Positions 8,545 through 22,300 of a stretch of DNA of 64,000 bases are shown here, in pieces. The translations under genes were made by a program, and so were the position numbers. This DNA is from a virus. Taxonomy: Duplodnaviria > Caudoviricetes. The notes under the pieces are model-generated. The model did not search any database. It was given only the letters and a program-made list of their open reading frames with translations, and was not told the DNA's origin. Location: IMG/VR virus record IMGVR_UViG_3300008107_006173; one strand, 5' to 3'. Position 1 is the first letter of the stretch; the number at the start of each line of letters is the position of its first letter.

Positions 8545-11500
8545 ATGTCAGAGAATAAAATTTATAAAAAACTACCAGGTGTATTACAAACAACTGCTAT
8601 CAAAAACTTTTTTGAAAGTACAGTTGAGCAATTGTTTAGTAAAGCCAATTCAGAAATCATCAACGGTTTCGTTGGCGAAAGAAGTCCTGAAAATCATAAA
8701 TCAGGTGCTGCGTTCTTACAGGAAGAAACAGCAACTAGACAGTTTTATAGTCTTTCACCAGTGGTTAATACTATCAATGTTGCAACTGGCGACAGCGAAA
8801 ACTTAATCTTCTTTGATGAACTACTTGACACACTAAAAACCTATGGTGTTGATACTAAGAATCAAAATAAGATTTTTGGAGAGAACTATTACTCATATCT
8901 TCCACCAATTAATACTGATAAAATTTTAAACTATCAAGAATATTTTTGGTCTCCAGAGGGGCCACCAAGTATTCGAATTCAGGGTACCTTAGCAAATCCA
9001 ATTGACATTGAACAAGATATTATTGGGGCGGTTTCTTATACACCAGCTTCCGGTGTTGCTCTCAAAAATGGCATGATTGTTCGATTTGTTGGCGATTATG
9101 TTATTCCTAGAGCATATCTCAATACAGACTATATTATTGAAGGTGTTGGCGAAAAGATTCGCATAGTTGAAAAAGACGATAGCTTTGAAAGTTTTGCAAG
9201 CACATCATATACTGCACTTCCAGATCCTGCTGATCAATATGACTCGTCAACTTATAGTTTAAGTGATTCTAATGTTGTATTCAGTGCAGCAAGTATTTCA
9301 AATGTAATTGTTGTAAATGCTGGTATTGGCTATGTAAATCCAACTGTATCATTTATTGGTGCAAATGATTCACCTGCTGCTGCAACCGTAACACTTGATA
9401 GTAACGGAAGTGTTACATTGTTTACTATTACCAACGGCGGTGTAGAATACAGCGGCCCGGTTGGCGTTATACTCAACGACATTAGCGTAACAGCCAATGT
9501 TACTGTTGGCGGTTTTGCTTCTTATGGACTAAATCCTATTGTATCTAAAGAATTTACTCTAAGTACTAATACAAATATTAAAGTTGGACAAGTAGTAACA
9601 GGTTTCGTTTCAGGTATTGTTGATACAATTTCATCAGCTTTTGATTCAAACGCTAATACTTGGGTACATACATTAACACTAGAAGACGCACAAACTTTTA
9701 GTTACGCTGAAGCAAACACAAATCCAACATTATCATTTACTGGTAGAGATTTCCTAGGCGAAGTACGCAGAAATCTAATGCATACGATTACTAGTAGTAA
9801 TGTTAATATTTTAGACTCACAGGTAGTTACGGGTATTAATCCGCGTACCGGTGAATACTACTTTAGAGGCGGTCAGTATTCTTTTGATAAGAACTTAGAT
9901 CCAAATGATGGCGGCGACGAAGATCCGCTAACAGGTGATCTAGCTTGGGGCGGCAGCAAAAGTGAAATTGCGCCTGATTATATTTTAATTGCCCGGGGCG
10001 CCAAAAATAAAAATGTGTGGAGCCGCACAAACTTTTGGTTCCACAAAGACAACTTTATTGACGCTGGCGTAGAAGTCCCTGAGAACACATGGCGAGCCAA
10101 GAGACCAATTGTTGAATTTCAACACAACATAGAATTATATAATCACGGTGTCCAGCACATTGGCGCCGCTACAATTGCAGCAACTGAGTATAAGAAAGAT
10201 CAACAGTACACTGACGGCGGCAATATTGAAGTTGGCGGTGGCGTAGTAGGCATGATGTCAGGTAGTACCATTGACGATGTTCCTGTTGAAAATGCAACGC
10301 TAATTTTCCCAAATGAAGAATTAAATATTGCAAAATATGTGTATTTGTCATATACCGACACCGAAACCGGTAGCCCACCATTTAGAATAAAAGTTCGCCG
10401 CCTAGGCCACCCAACATTGAATCCGCCAACTTTACTTGATGGCGATGTTGGGTTTGTTCCGTGGGAGGTTGAGGTAGGTGATGTTATTCAAATTACTTCA
10501 GGTCGATTTAATATTGGCAGCGAGTACTATTGGACTGAAGAAGGCTGGAAACTAGCTCAACAAAAAATTAGCAGTAATCAGGGTCCTTTATTTAATTTAT
10601 ACGACGATCAGGGCAACTATTTAGGCGATGAGGGTATATATCCTGCCAGTAGTTTTGCTGGTAACGAAATCTTTAGCTATAAAGTTTCAACTACAGTAAA
10701 CGCACCTGACGATAGTATTCTAGGATTTCCGTTATCTTATAGATCTTTCAAAGCCAGTAGTGAAATTGAATTTGAAAATGACATCATTAATCAAACTGTA
10801 AACTATACCCCAATTGGTACCGTCGACGCTCAATCAATTGGCGGTTATTATTTTTATAAGAATGTTGATACTGGCCTGCTCGAAACTCACTGGAAGCCAA
10901 GCACAGAGAATAACAAACAACGAATTATAACAACCTATACCATTGATCAATATGATGTTGACGAGCAGCAAACTGTATTTTATATTGGTGCAATACCCAA
11001 TGAAAAAATAACAGCAAACAGCGGCTACGATATTATTGTAACCGTTAACGGTGCAAAACGCGAAGACTTTACCTACAGTGAAGATCCGTTAAAAGTAGGA
11101 TTTATTAGATTTGATAATTTTAATTTTAGTTTAAATGATTTTATTGAAATCAGTGTTCTAAGCGACACAGGATTAATTTCTCTAGAAAGAATCAGTAAAT
11201 TTGAGTTGCCAATAGCATGGAGACAGGATCCAAGTAATGTAGTCGATGTTATTTCAATTTCAGAACCAGAGTTTCTACCTCACTTTAAAAATTACATGGA
11301 ATCTCAAGAAGGTTTCCAGGGAAATCCTTTAGGTTCAAATAACTTTAGCAACACACCAAAAGACAGTAAACATGCAAAAAACATTGTTTACACAGATCAT
11401 AATCTTGTATTGGGTGCGTTCCTACTAGACGATCAGCCACATAACTTAGTCAATTCATTAAGATTTAACTCAGCTGAATACGAAAAATATAAGAACAGAT

Positions 11501-13323
11501 TAAAGAAAGAAATCAGTAATTATTACAATTCTTTCTCAGTTGAAAACTTCTCTAACGAATATGTCCTAGAGCGTGTTCTTCGAAATTTGATTTCTTATAG
11601 AACAGGTACAAATGTCTTTAACAGAACTTATGTTGTTCCGTTTGGCGACAACTACTCTGAAGAAGTGTTTGTTATTAACGATGTAACAAGAACAGAATTT
11701 GTATCAGACGTTGAAACAGATTTAGACAAAATTGAAAATAGTTTGCTTGTTTATAAAAAATCAAGCAGCGACACTGAGTTATTAACTGTTGACAAAGAGT
11801 ATACTATAACTGGATACAGTCCTATTACAGTTGAAGTAACTAATGAAGTTACTTTCTTACTAGGCGATCAAATTATATTTAAGATCTACAATGAAAACAG
11901 AGATAGCGCACAATGTCCACCAACACCTAGTGTTACAGGATTATATCCATTAACAAGACCTGAAATCATATATGATAACACATATGAAACACCAATCCAG
12001 GTAGTCTTAGGTCACGACGGATCACGCACACCTGTATTTGGCGACCGCCGTGATGAAATATTACTTGAGTTCGAAAAGCGTGTATACAACGCTGCTAAAG
12101 CTGAATTCCGAGAAGCTAACAGTTTACCAGAACTAAACTTTACATCTGTAAAGAAAGGCGCATTCCGCGAAACAGGATTTGCTAACCGTGAGTGGTTTGA
12201 TTTACTAAGATTTAGTTTTGCTAACTGGGTTTCACAATATAATTTAGACTTCGTTAAAAATGAATACTTTGACGAAAATGACAGTCTTTCTTGGAACTAC
12301 AGAGGTAGTTTAGATATTCCAGGTCACTGGCGTGGCTGGATGGAATATTACTATGACACTTATGAACCACATCGCCATCCGTGGGAAATGCTAGGTTTCT
12401 TCGAGCAACCAACATGGTGGGAAGTTGAATACGGTACAGATTATAGCAGCATGAATATGCAGCTCTGGGATGACCTAGAGTATGGTATTATCCGTCAAGG
12501 ACCAAGAGAAAATGTCACCGACGACAAATATCTAGTTAATAATCCTTTCAGTAGACCGGGTCTACACATGATTCTTCCTGTTGATGAAAACGGAGACTTA
12601 AGAAGTCCGTTTGATATTATTTCAACTGGCACAACTCTTAAGACGCAAGAATGGACAAATTCTAGAAGCACTTCTGCTATCACAAGTTTAGGTTCTAGTG
12701 CATATAAAGCCAATAGCTTCTTGACTGTAAATGGCTTAAATGTAAGCCATGATACTAACAATGTTTATGTTCAAGGCCGCGCCATAATTAATCATGAGAT
12801 TACAAATAGAGTAAACGCAGTTGGTCATAGCGAAGTTATGGAACAGGATATATCATTTGTATATCCAAGAACTTCAGCTGGTGCAGCATCAAACATGCCA
12901 GCAAAGGCTGTTGCAGTTCTAGTAAACGGATTGCCATTACACAATCCAACTGATGTTAATACTTGGAATAACGAAGGCGTTTGGCATTACAATAAAGGCA
13001 AGTCTGAAGCACATAGCGATTTAACCTACGGTCATGCTGGAGATGATGGTGTACTTCACTATTATTATGTAGATCCAGTAATTTTAGGCCTTGAAGAATG
13101 GGATACAGCTAATCACTCACCAATTGTTGGCTGGGCATTTGATGGCTTGCCAATTTATGGTCCTTATGGTTATAAGGATCCATTAGATCCAACTAGTGAA
13201 ATAGTAAACATTAAGAGTCCATTTAGGCTACGTCAAGGTACTCGCATTGGTGATCTAGCAGGCGCCCATAGCGGCATGTTTGTTGAGGACTATGATCTAA
13301 ATGCTGCTGTAATCCCCAGTTGA
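8545..13323 (+). CDS. Large virion structural protein (N-terminal part) ending in an apparently truncated YHYH-like domain
   Basis: 1,592-aa ORF in the late block. The C-terminus has HSPIVGWAFDGLPIYGPYGY...FVEDY, typical of YHYH-family domains, and stops abruptly. Confidence 0.75.
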   Translation: MSENKIYKKLPGVLQTTAIKNFFESTVEQLFSKANSEIINGFVGERSPENHKSGAAFLQEETATRQFYSLSPVVNTINVATGDSENLIFFDELLDTLKTYGVDTKNQNKIFGENYYSYLPPINTDKILNYQEYFWSPEGPPSIRIQGTLANPIDIEQDIIGAVSYTPASGVALKNGMIVRFVGDYVIPRAYLNTDYIIEGVGEKIRIVEKDDSFESFASTSYTALPDPADQYDSSTYSLSDSNVVFSAASISNVIVVNAGIGYVNPTVSFIGANDSPAAATVTLDSNGSVTLFTITNGGVEYSGPVGVILNDISVTANVTVGGFASYGLNPIVSKEFTLSTNTNIKVGQVVTGFVSGIVDTISSAFDSNANTWVHTLTLEDAQTFSYAEANTNPTLSFTGRDFLGEVRRNLMHTITSSNVNILDSQVVTGINPRTGEYYFRGGQYSFDKNLDPNDGGDEDPLTGDLAWGGSKSEIAPDYILIARGAKNKNVWSRTNFWFHKDNFIDAGVEVPENTWRAKRPIVEFQHNIELYNHGVQHIGAATIAATEYKKDQQYTDGGNIEVGGGVVGMMSGSTIDDVPVENATLIFPNEELNIAKYVYLSYTDTETGSPPFRIKVRRLGHPTLNPPTLLDGDVGFVPWEVEVGDVIQITSGRFNIGSEYYWTEEGWKLAQQKISSNQGPLFNLYDDQGNYLGDEGIYPASSFAGNEIFSYKVSTTVNAPDDSILGFPLSYRSFKASSEIEFENDIINQTVNYTPIGTVDAQSIGGYYFYKNVDTGLLETHWKPSTENNKQRIITTYTIDQYDVDEQQTVFYIGAIPNEKITANSGYDIIVTVNGAKREDFTYSEDPLKVGFIRFDNFNFSLNDFIEISVLSDTGLISLERISKFELPIAWRQDPSNVVDVISISEPEFLPHFKNYMESQEGFQGNPLGSNNFSNTPKDSKHAKNIVYTDHNLVLGAFLLDDQPHNLVNSLRFNSAEYEKYKNRLKKEISNYYNSFSVENFSNEYVLERVLRNLISYRTGTNVFNRTYVVPFGDNYSEEVFVINDVTRTEFVSDVETDLDKIENSLLVYKKSSSDTELLTVDKEYTITGYSPITVEVTNEVTFLLGDQIIFKIYNENRDSAQCPPTPSVTGLYPLTRPEIIYDNTYETPIQVVLGHDGSRTPVFGDRRDEILLEFEKRVYNAAKAEFREANSLPELNFTSVKKGAFRETGFANREWFDLLRFSFANWVSQYNLDFVKNEYFDENDSLSWNYRGSLDIPGHWRGWMEYYYDTYEPHRHPWEMLGFFEQPTWWEVEYGTDYSSMNMQLWDDLEYGIIRQGPRENVTDDKYLVNNPFSRPGLHMILPVDENGDLRSPFDIISTGTTLKTQEWTNSRSTSAITSLGSSAYKANSFLTVNGLNVSHDTNNVYVQGRAIINHEITNRVNAVGHSEVMEQDISFVYPRTSAGAASNMPAKAVAVLVNGLPLHNPTDVNTWNNEGVWHYNKGKSEAHSDLTYGHAGDDGVLHYYYVDPVILGLEEWDTANHSPIVGWAFDGLPIYGPYGYKDPLDPTSEIVNIKSPFRLRQGTRIGDLAGAHSGMFVEDYDLNAAVIPS

Positions 13324-13393
13324 GTATGCTTGGAAGAGCTCACCGGTATATCCATTTGCTGTAGCTGAAGCACTATTACTAGCTAAACCTGGA

Positions 13394-16300
13394 TTGTTTG
13401 CTGCTGAATTTTCAGACCCAACAAATATTCTAAGACCTACAGCAAATCCACTGTTGTTGTTAAACAAGGTCTCACGCAAGCGTTGGGATTTTGCTAGCGA
13501 AGCTGATTTTAGAATTCATGGAACATTTGATGCTGATGATAACTTTATAACAAATATTGGTTACACTCAGTTTATTAATTCCTGGATTAACTTCCAGGGA
13601 TTAGATCAAACAGATGATTTCGCTAAGAAGCTACGGTCTCTAAATGTTAAACTTGGTCATAGAATGGCCGGCTTCATTGATGAAGACACAACCGTTGTAA
13701 GAACTGACCAGTATAGTACCACAGGTAAAGCTACAAGTCTAATTGTTCCTAAAGAAAATATTACTGTTCAAGTTCATAATTCACCGTATAAGACACGCAA
13801 CTTCTACAGCGGTGTAATCATTGAAAAGACTTTAACTGGCTATAAAGTAAGAGGCTTTGATAAGAACTACGGATATTTTGATACTTTTGAAACTGATAAA
13901 ACAAAGGGAAGAGAAAGAATTCAAGTAGGCGGTAAGCCTGCAGATTTTGTTGCTTGGGATCCAGGTGTACCTTATAAGAAGGACACAATCGTACAGTGGC
14001 AGAACGGCTTCTATAGAGCACCTAAATTTATTAATGCTACCACAACATTTGACGCTAGACAGTGGAAGAGACTTCCTTCACTACCGCAAACAGGCGGTGC
14101 TAGTGCTACACTTTATCAAGTACCAACAGAAAATATTGTCCGCGTAGATTACGAAACAGAATTTACAAGCGTAGATGATCTTTACGATTTCTTGATTGGC
14201 CTAGGATATTATCACCAGTCACAGGGTTATGATCTAAACGATTTTGATGAATCAATCAATGAGGTTCGCAACTGGTCTTACGCTGCAAAACAGTTCTTGT
14301 TCTGGACTACAGGACGTTGGGAAGTTGGCAATACATTAGAACTTAGCCCACTCGCAAGAAAGATCGCGTTTGAAGCACCGCGTGGATTTATTTCTAAGAT
14401 TAACAGAACTGATAGAGAGCAATTTACAATTCTAGACCAGGATGGTATTGCTATTACTCCAACAGAATGTGAAATTCTGCGTGAAGATAACAGAATTGAA
14501 ATAACACCTCCCGAAGGCAAGCAGATCTATGGCCTTGTATTGTTTACTAAAGAAATTGAACATGCTATTACTGTTGACAACACAACTATCTTTAACGATG
14601 TTATCTTTGATACTAGATTTAATCAGCGTCATACACGTCTAAAGATTAAGGCAACAAGAACCAAGGGCTGGAAGGGTCGCTTATTAACAGAAGGTTTCAT
14701 TGTTAACGGCAGCGAACTATTACCTAACTTAGACAACATGGCAGAGAGTTTAGGCCGATACCACGAACTAGGCTTTATTCCTGTTGAAAAGGCTATCTAC
14801 AAAGCTGCTAGAGGAATGTTTGGGTTTGAAGAACGCGATTATCTTAAGGATCTAGATATTTCCGAAGACGATCAGTTTGAATTTTACCGCGGTATGATTC
14901 AAAACAAAGGTACATCAGAAAGCCTAAGAAAAATTGCAGCAAGTAACATTGTCGTACAGGGCAATGTTGCAGTATATGACGAGTGGGCATTAAGAGTAGC
15001 TGACTTTGGTGATACAGACAATAATCAAAGCGTTGAACTAAAACTTGAAAAAAGTGAGATTGTTAACGATCCACAATTAATTACACTGGCTTTCCCAGAG
15101 GATATTACTGGTATTGTTGAAAAGATTGATGTTATTAAGAGACGATACAAGTATTATGGTGCACCAGAAATTGTTATTAGTGCGCCAACAACAGGTACTA
15201 CTCGAATACAAGCTATTGCTACTGCTACATTAAATGCAAGTAGAGAACTTGATTCTATTACAGTTATAGATCAGGGTGCTGGATATGCTATACCAGTAGG
15301 CGTAACAATCATTGCAGGTAATGTTGTCACCGATACAGTTGATACAACTTTCCAGCGTGTAACAGCCATCAGCACAGGAGATTGGATTGCTACAACAGGT
15401 GCTGAACTATCAGGTAATGTTATAATTACTGATCACTTTGGCAATAGCAATGTAAGCGTTAACTTATCAAATGTAACTAGTGCGGCTGATATTGTCACTG
15501 CTATTAATAGCAGCCCCGGCCTAGGCGGAAATATTACTGCTGCTGCGTTTAGAAGTGAAGTTGAAGAAATATTTAATGCAAATGCATTAACGGCCGGTGT
15601 AACTTATCAAATAGTCAGCGTTGGAAGCACTAACTTTATGTTAATTGGTGCTGCTAACAATAATGTTGGTACAGCATTTGTAGCATCGGGTCCTGGCACA
15701 GGAACTGGTACAGCAAACGCAGTTGTAGCAAATTATACCTTAACTATTACAGGTAACGATTTCAGCATCGTGAGTGCTGCTGCAAATCTACATCTAACAC
15801 CTGGCAGATATCAACCAGCGCAACGATATTCAGTAGTTGGTGCAAATACCACAGTTGCTGGTAATATTACAGTAACCGTTGACGGTGTTGAAGTAAATCA
15901 ATTTGTTAATGGTGCAAACTCATCAGGCGGATATAACTGGACATTTGACGAGGGCGACAGATGGCGCCATGAACTACAAGGCCAGTTAGGCCCAAGCGGA
16001 TCATTTACCTATACATTAGGTACCGGTACTGAGCATAGTAGCTCAAACATTGCAGCTGAAAATAATTATGTAGTTGACGGTGAATACAATCACCTAAAAC
16101 TTTATATCAATGGTTTCCATACCGGTTATACCGATGTTGAAGTTCCAAATCAATTATTGTTAGAAAATTCAGCAGTCGCAGGCAGCACAGAATATCAAAA
16201 TGTTTGGGAAGTAAATGGGTCAGGCAACGAGATCACACTTTATATTGATCGACTACCAAACTCAGTAAAATACTTCTCCGCTACTTCAAACAACAGTTGG

Positions 16301-19300
16301 ATATTACCTGCTACTAACCCAAACAAAGTATCAGATCCAAAAACACTTATTAAAGTAGTCGAAGATGGTACCATACAGTTTACAAATGACTATCGAGGTG
16401 ATCTGCCAAACAGCGTGTTAAACATTGTTGTTAAGGTACAGGACGGCATCGCAATCAAACTTGGTGCCGGAAGATCATATGAAATTACACCTGAGATAGC
16501 CGGCGACGATATTATCCTGTTTGATATTGACGACGCCGACAGATTCTTAAAGAAACCCTCTGGTGTTCGTGAGTACAACCTATGGCCAACTACAAAACAA
16601 ATAAACTTCACAGGTATTTGGGATAATGCATTCCTAAGAATACCAAATGCTGGATATGTAAATCCTGCTAATGTAAACTTCATGTCTTATAGTATAGCTG
16701 ACCTTCCAGATCTATTCAGCGATAATATTATTGTCAAACCAGCCGGTGGACATTTAATTCATGTTGCTGTTTCTGAAAATAAAGATTGGAATGTTTATAA
16801 GTTAGCGCCTATTGACTCAAGAATTTCATTCCTACATCAGGCTCAAGGTTCAGATAGTGCTAAACTTGTTACAAATAACAGTTTGTTTAACTATCTAGAC
16901 TCAAACATGATCGGCGAGGCTGATACCGCTAGATATCTAGACTACTTCCTAACTCTTAAGAATGCTGATGTTAGCGACAATGTAGTAGTTTGGACTAACG
17001 AAAGAATTATTCAGCAGCGACAGGCTGATATTACAAATCCAAAAGCCCCAAGAATGATCGAAGCTCGCATTAAGAGCATTGGTCCTGCTCCTGGTAGTAA
17101 TATTGCTATTGCTGATTATAAACCAATTACAACTAAAATTTATGCTGATGTGCAAGTAAGCAACTCAGCCGCAGCTAATACACTGGTATTAAATTTTAGA
17201 AATGTACACAATATCAAAGAAAACGATGCTATTACACTAGCAGCAACATCTGGTGTACAATATTACTCAAATGCTACTGTTGTACTAAACAGCGCAGGTA
17301 ATGTTACATTTACTAGCGTAAGTTCACTACCAAGCGAGTTTACTGCGCCTGCTTATGTAACTCTCTACACTGAAGATGCAAATATTTACAATAAATCTGT
17401 TTATGTTCAGAGTGTTAATGTTGCTGCCGGTACATTCACTGTAACAAACAGCTATTTTGCTGATTCAAATGTGCTGGTTGGACTAGGTAATATTGATTAT
17501 CTATTAAATGTTACACCTAATTATGACGCTGGTAATACAGATGTATACTATCTAGCATCAAATGTAACCAGTAGAAAACTTGAAATATCAGGTCCTGAAC
17601 TAGCTAATATTGTTTCAGGTGTTCAATATAATGCTGTTGCAAGTAATGTATTCTTTAACGGAAACGGCAATATCTCAATTGAAACATTCGACTTTATTCC
17701 TACTAACTTTAAGGTTCCTGGAAACATTACACTTTATGCATCAGGTGATTCCACTGCTAACGGTAATGTGTATTATGTTGAAAGTATTGATCGCAGAGGC
17801 GGATTTATTCAGGAAGAAGATATGGCTTTCCCTGTAGCTACTTCTCTAGTAGTTAAGGATCCGTATTTCTCTAACGCTAACATAATCTATAATGCTAATG
17901 CTAATGTGACCTTTAATAGTTATGGTAATATTACAATTAATAGTGCCGGTGCTATTCCTGCTAACTTTGCAGTACCCGGTTATGTTAAACTGAGAATTGG
18001 TCCGGGAGGACTAACTAGCTCAAACAATCGTCCTGTATATGTTACAGCCGCAAACCTAACAACAAATACTTTTACAGTAATCAATGACGGATTATTTACA
18101 ACTGCTAATGCAACAGCAAATCTAAATGTTGTTGGATACAGTTTAGAACTACCATCAAATACAGTAAGTGGCTTAGGTAATGTTTCCTTTACTCTAACTG
18201 TTCCATCAACTGTTGAAGTTCAACATATGGATCGCACTAAGATTATTACTGATGATGCTCATAGTGTCGAGATTGGTCAAGTAGTAAGAATCTTCTCAAA
18301 TGCATTTACTGGAACATATACTGTTCGTAGTACACCGGATGATCGTTCAATTGAAATTGATGCTCCGTTTACTTACAACGATGACAGAACAGGGTGGTTG
18401 ATCAAGAAGGGTCTTCAGATTAAGACCACTGATCCTCACGGTATTAGTCCCGAATATGCAAGAAATAGAAAGAGAATTGCAATTCACTTTGCTGATCCTA
18501 GATTATACAATGACATCTATTTCATTGATGAAATCACACCAGATAGCATTATCGTAAAAGATAGAATGCCCCTAGAAGGCATCGCGTCTGTATACTTAGA
18601 TCGTGTTCAGGCTTATGTTAGAAATGCCAACCTTTCAACAAGAACTGTACAGATTACAAATAATGGTTTGCTGTCAGAAACTACAATTATCTACACAGCA
18701 AACAGTCAGTTAGTACCTGCTAATGCATATTCTATTAACTCAACAAACATTGTGTTTGATGCAAATATCTTAGATGCTAATTCTAGTGTATCAACCGGCT
18801 TTACAATCTTTAGAGAAATGGATGTTGCAGAGGATCGCTATCCAATTCTAACAACACTAGATCATGGTGTTGTTAAACTAAACGGTATTGACCTATCTAT
18901 TACTAGCTATAACAACCTACAAGGTACGGTTGATGCTATTAATAGAGAAATGAATCTACGTCGAGCTGCTATCAGCTCTAGAGGCAACACAATGTCAGTA
19001 TCATTTAATATGCTTTCTGACATTCATACAGAATTACCAGTACCAGCCGGCACTAAGAACTTTGTTCCTTCTAGACAAGTTAATAATTCAACTGTTGGTA
19101 ATTTACCTATCAATTCTGTAGCAAATGGCTCTCAGCTAGGGACTAATACCACAGCGGCGTCATTTGCTCCAGCATACCAAATTGGTAATTACGGTCCATA
19201 TGTTAGAGACGAAAATACAATTATAGCATTAAGCAATAGAGACGTTATTACTGGTAACTTGATTCTAAGCTCAGGTAACGAAACCTCAATTGACCCAACA

Positions 19301-22300
19301 TTTAATAAAGGACCAATTAGAGTAGGTCCGCTACGCGGAATTACCTACACTGATTTAATGACAGGTCAGCGATACCTATGGAACTTTGAGATCGGTAAGT
19401 ATGTTAGAATTCAGCAGCCACGAGCATATACTGCTGATCCTGCAGACGAATTCTCAATTGGTTTAGATACATTAAGATCAGAAATTGCTTATAATCCTGA
19501 TCCAGCATTTTCAGATGGTACAGATACCGGTGCAGGTGTGAATCCTGAACACGAACGGGATTTAATTGCAGATCCTACCGAAGAAGATCAGGATACAACA
19601 GAGTTACCACAACAACCACCTAATCATGTTGATACTGCACCAGTCTTAACAGTACTAGCAGGCAACGGACCAACATCATATATTGACCCTACTGCAATGG
19701 GCAAAAAGCGTCCTATCTATGATCTAAGTGCTACCCGCGGCGGCAATGTAAGTACATCACCAAACGGTGCTGATACTGCATTTAGTGTGTTTGCAAATCC
19801 GCGCTGGGCTCTTAAGGCTGTGTCGACTTCAGCTGGTTGGTTAATTGAAGTTTATGAAAATGTTAAGAACAATAAAACACCATTTGCAAACTACTACTGG
19901 ATACTAGTTGATAAAGTTTGGCCACCATCATTCCCACATGACTTCTGGGGCACAATTAACGCAAATAGTGAGTTTGGTGAAGAACCTATAGAAACATCTT
20001 ATTATTATACAGATACTGAGTTTACTGGTAATATTGATCTACAAACTGATAGCGTATCAGCTAACGAAGCATATTACATTGATATTCCGCCAGTTGAGCC
20101 TGCATTCTACATTGGTAAGCAATTGATTCCAGAACCATTTGCTGTGTCTGGCGGTAACAACGCTAATGCAGCAGTGACTTGGGCAAAACTACCGCCAAGT
20201 GTTATTGGCGCCTCTGCACCAAATCTAAAAGATACAAAGATCACTGTTAATGCAACTGGCTACAATTCATTCCTAATGTGGGCACCAGGTTTAACTCCTG
20301 GTAAATGGGATCCACAAGTTGAAGGTCCTGGTCACTTAAACGGTTTTGCTGGATATCCAACATTTTGGGGTTACGGTGTAGGTTACTACGATAATACTGG
20401 CGGCGGACAAAGCCCAACATCATTTATCAGTGGCGGCACTGATCCTTATCCAGGCGCAGCAACCGAAGGCTGGTCAACAAGACAGCCACGATTCAAGTAT
20501 AGCAAAAACTTTACAGTATTCCCACTAAAGAATAACGATGTAAACGAACTAGCTAATTCTGTAATATTAGACGGTCAAACTAATCACGACAATCCAGCTA
20601 ATACACTGGTACGAGCTGATGATATTTTTGTCGCATGTTTCTGGACCGAAGCTCACACTTATAAGAAACAGTTAGTTGGATATAACTATAAGAATTTTGA
20701 TGCTGAAGGCAATCCTGCTCCAATTTATAAGGATTACAACGGTACAGTAACACGAGTCAAATATATTAGAATAAGTGAATTGCCCGCTAATGCAGTTCTA
20801 CGCCGTCCAATTCCTGACACAGGTTGGGGCGGCAAAGGCTGGAAGAATCTTGTTACCGATACAGTTAAACTACCTGGAGAATATAACCCAGTACCAGGTG
20901 ATGCAAATAATCCATGGTCTACATTTGATTTAACTTCTCTACCAAGTGGGTCAACTGGTGAAGATGCTGATGATACAACTCCAGCACCAATTGGTGATCC
21001 GCAAGTAATTGCACAAGGTGATCAAACAGCACCACTAAGTGGCGGCAGAGGATTAGGTAGAGCTAACAATGATTTATCGCTAGCGGTTCCTGTATCGCCA
21101 ACTGGGCCGTTCTTACACGGTGGTGCATTAGAAGCGTTACCGGGCCCATGTCAATTGAGCCCGGTTGTTATACCTCCTTCAACAGATCTACCCTGTTACA
21201 ACAGACCATCTCAAATTTATACCACATTAAAAACAGAACTTGACGGCAACGCATTAACTAAAACTGGAATTGTTGCTGCTGCTAATATTTCAAGCAATAG
21301 TGCAACTATTTCTAAGGGTTTAATTATTGATTCAGTTAGAATAGCTAGTACTAATGCGCTAGTACTTGCTAATGCATACACATACGCTCCAGCTAACGGA
21401 ATTCTAACATTTAGTAACTCTGTTCTAAGTGCTAATGCAAATGTTAATACAGATTTCTTAGTTAACGGCAGTATTCATGAAGAACACACAGTTATTGTTG
21501 TTGGTAATAATCCATTCTATGTATTCTTTGATTTTAGTAGTCCTGACATTGTTGCTAACGGTGTTACTATTGAACAATCAGATGACATTAGTTTTGGTAA
21601 GAGCAATGTTACAACTGCTGATATCAAACTGGTTACCACAACAATGCAAACTCCGATCAGTGAAGGCGGCGTTTCTAGAGTTAATGATGGTCAACAAATT
21701 GGCGTATATGGTGTAACAAATATACCACGCTTCTCAACAAACTTGTTACCGGAAGTTAATTCAGCATTTGGTATCGATAATCCAGTAGCTATCGGTGAAA
21801 CTAAGAGATTGAAGCTAGAAAGATTAGAAGCTATTGATCGTTACGGTCAATATAACGGTGTTAAGAATATTGGTTTCATAGCTAGGACTATCGACTGCCG
21901 CAATGGTCAATATGTTCGTGTTAGTGTAAACAAGGGCGCTGGCAATAAGACAGGTAAGTATAAACTACTCTTAATTTATACTGGCGTAGAAGAGGATCCA
22001 ATGGATCCAAACAATGGCTTCCTAGCAACTTGCCCTGATAGAGCAGCACCTTCCCGTGTATATCGCGCTGGCGCTAGAATTGAACAGTTTACCTACTCAG
22101 ATGCTAAAAGAAAGAAACGAGTAAGTAGCACAACCGGTGCTGCTGTAGGTGCTGTTGGTGGTGTAGCAGCAGCAGCAGCCGGTGTAACAGCCGGTGCCGC
22201 AGCAGTTGGTGCTTCTGTTGTTGGTGCAACAATTGCAGCAGCTATTCCAGTGATTGGTATTGGTTTAGCAGTAGGTGCGCTACTCAGCGGCTTATTTGGT

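Noticed and set aside
13321-13368. Stop-codon reassignment or readthrough (TGA=Trp or TAG=Gln) to explain the split giant ORF
   Set aside because: Reading through TGA 13321 meets another TGA at 13366, and the continuation is in a different frame. TAG and TGA end other genes at tight overlaps (39249, 38392), and multi-kb ORFs are intact in the standard code.
13300-13400. Self-splicing intron or intein at the junction
   Set aside because: The two frames overlap with no intervening sequence, and there is no homing-endonuclease or intein motif.
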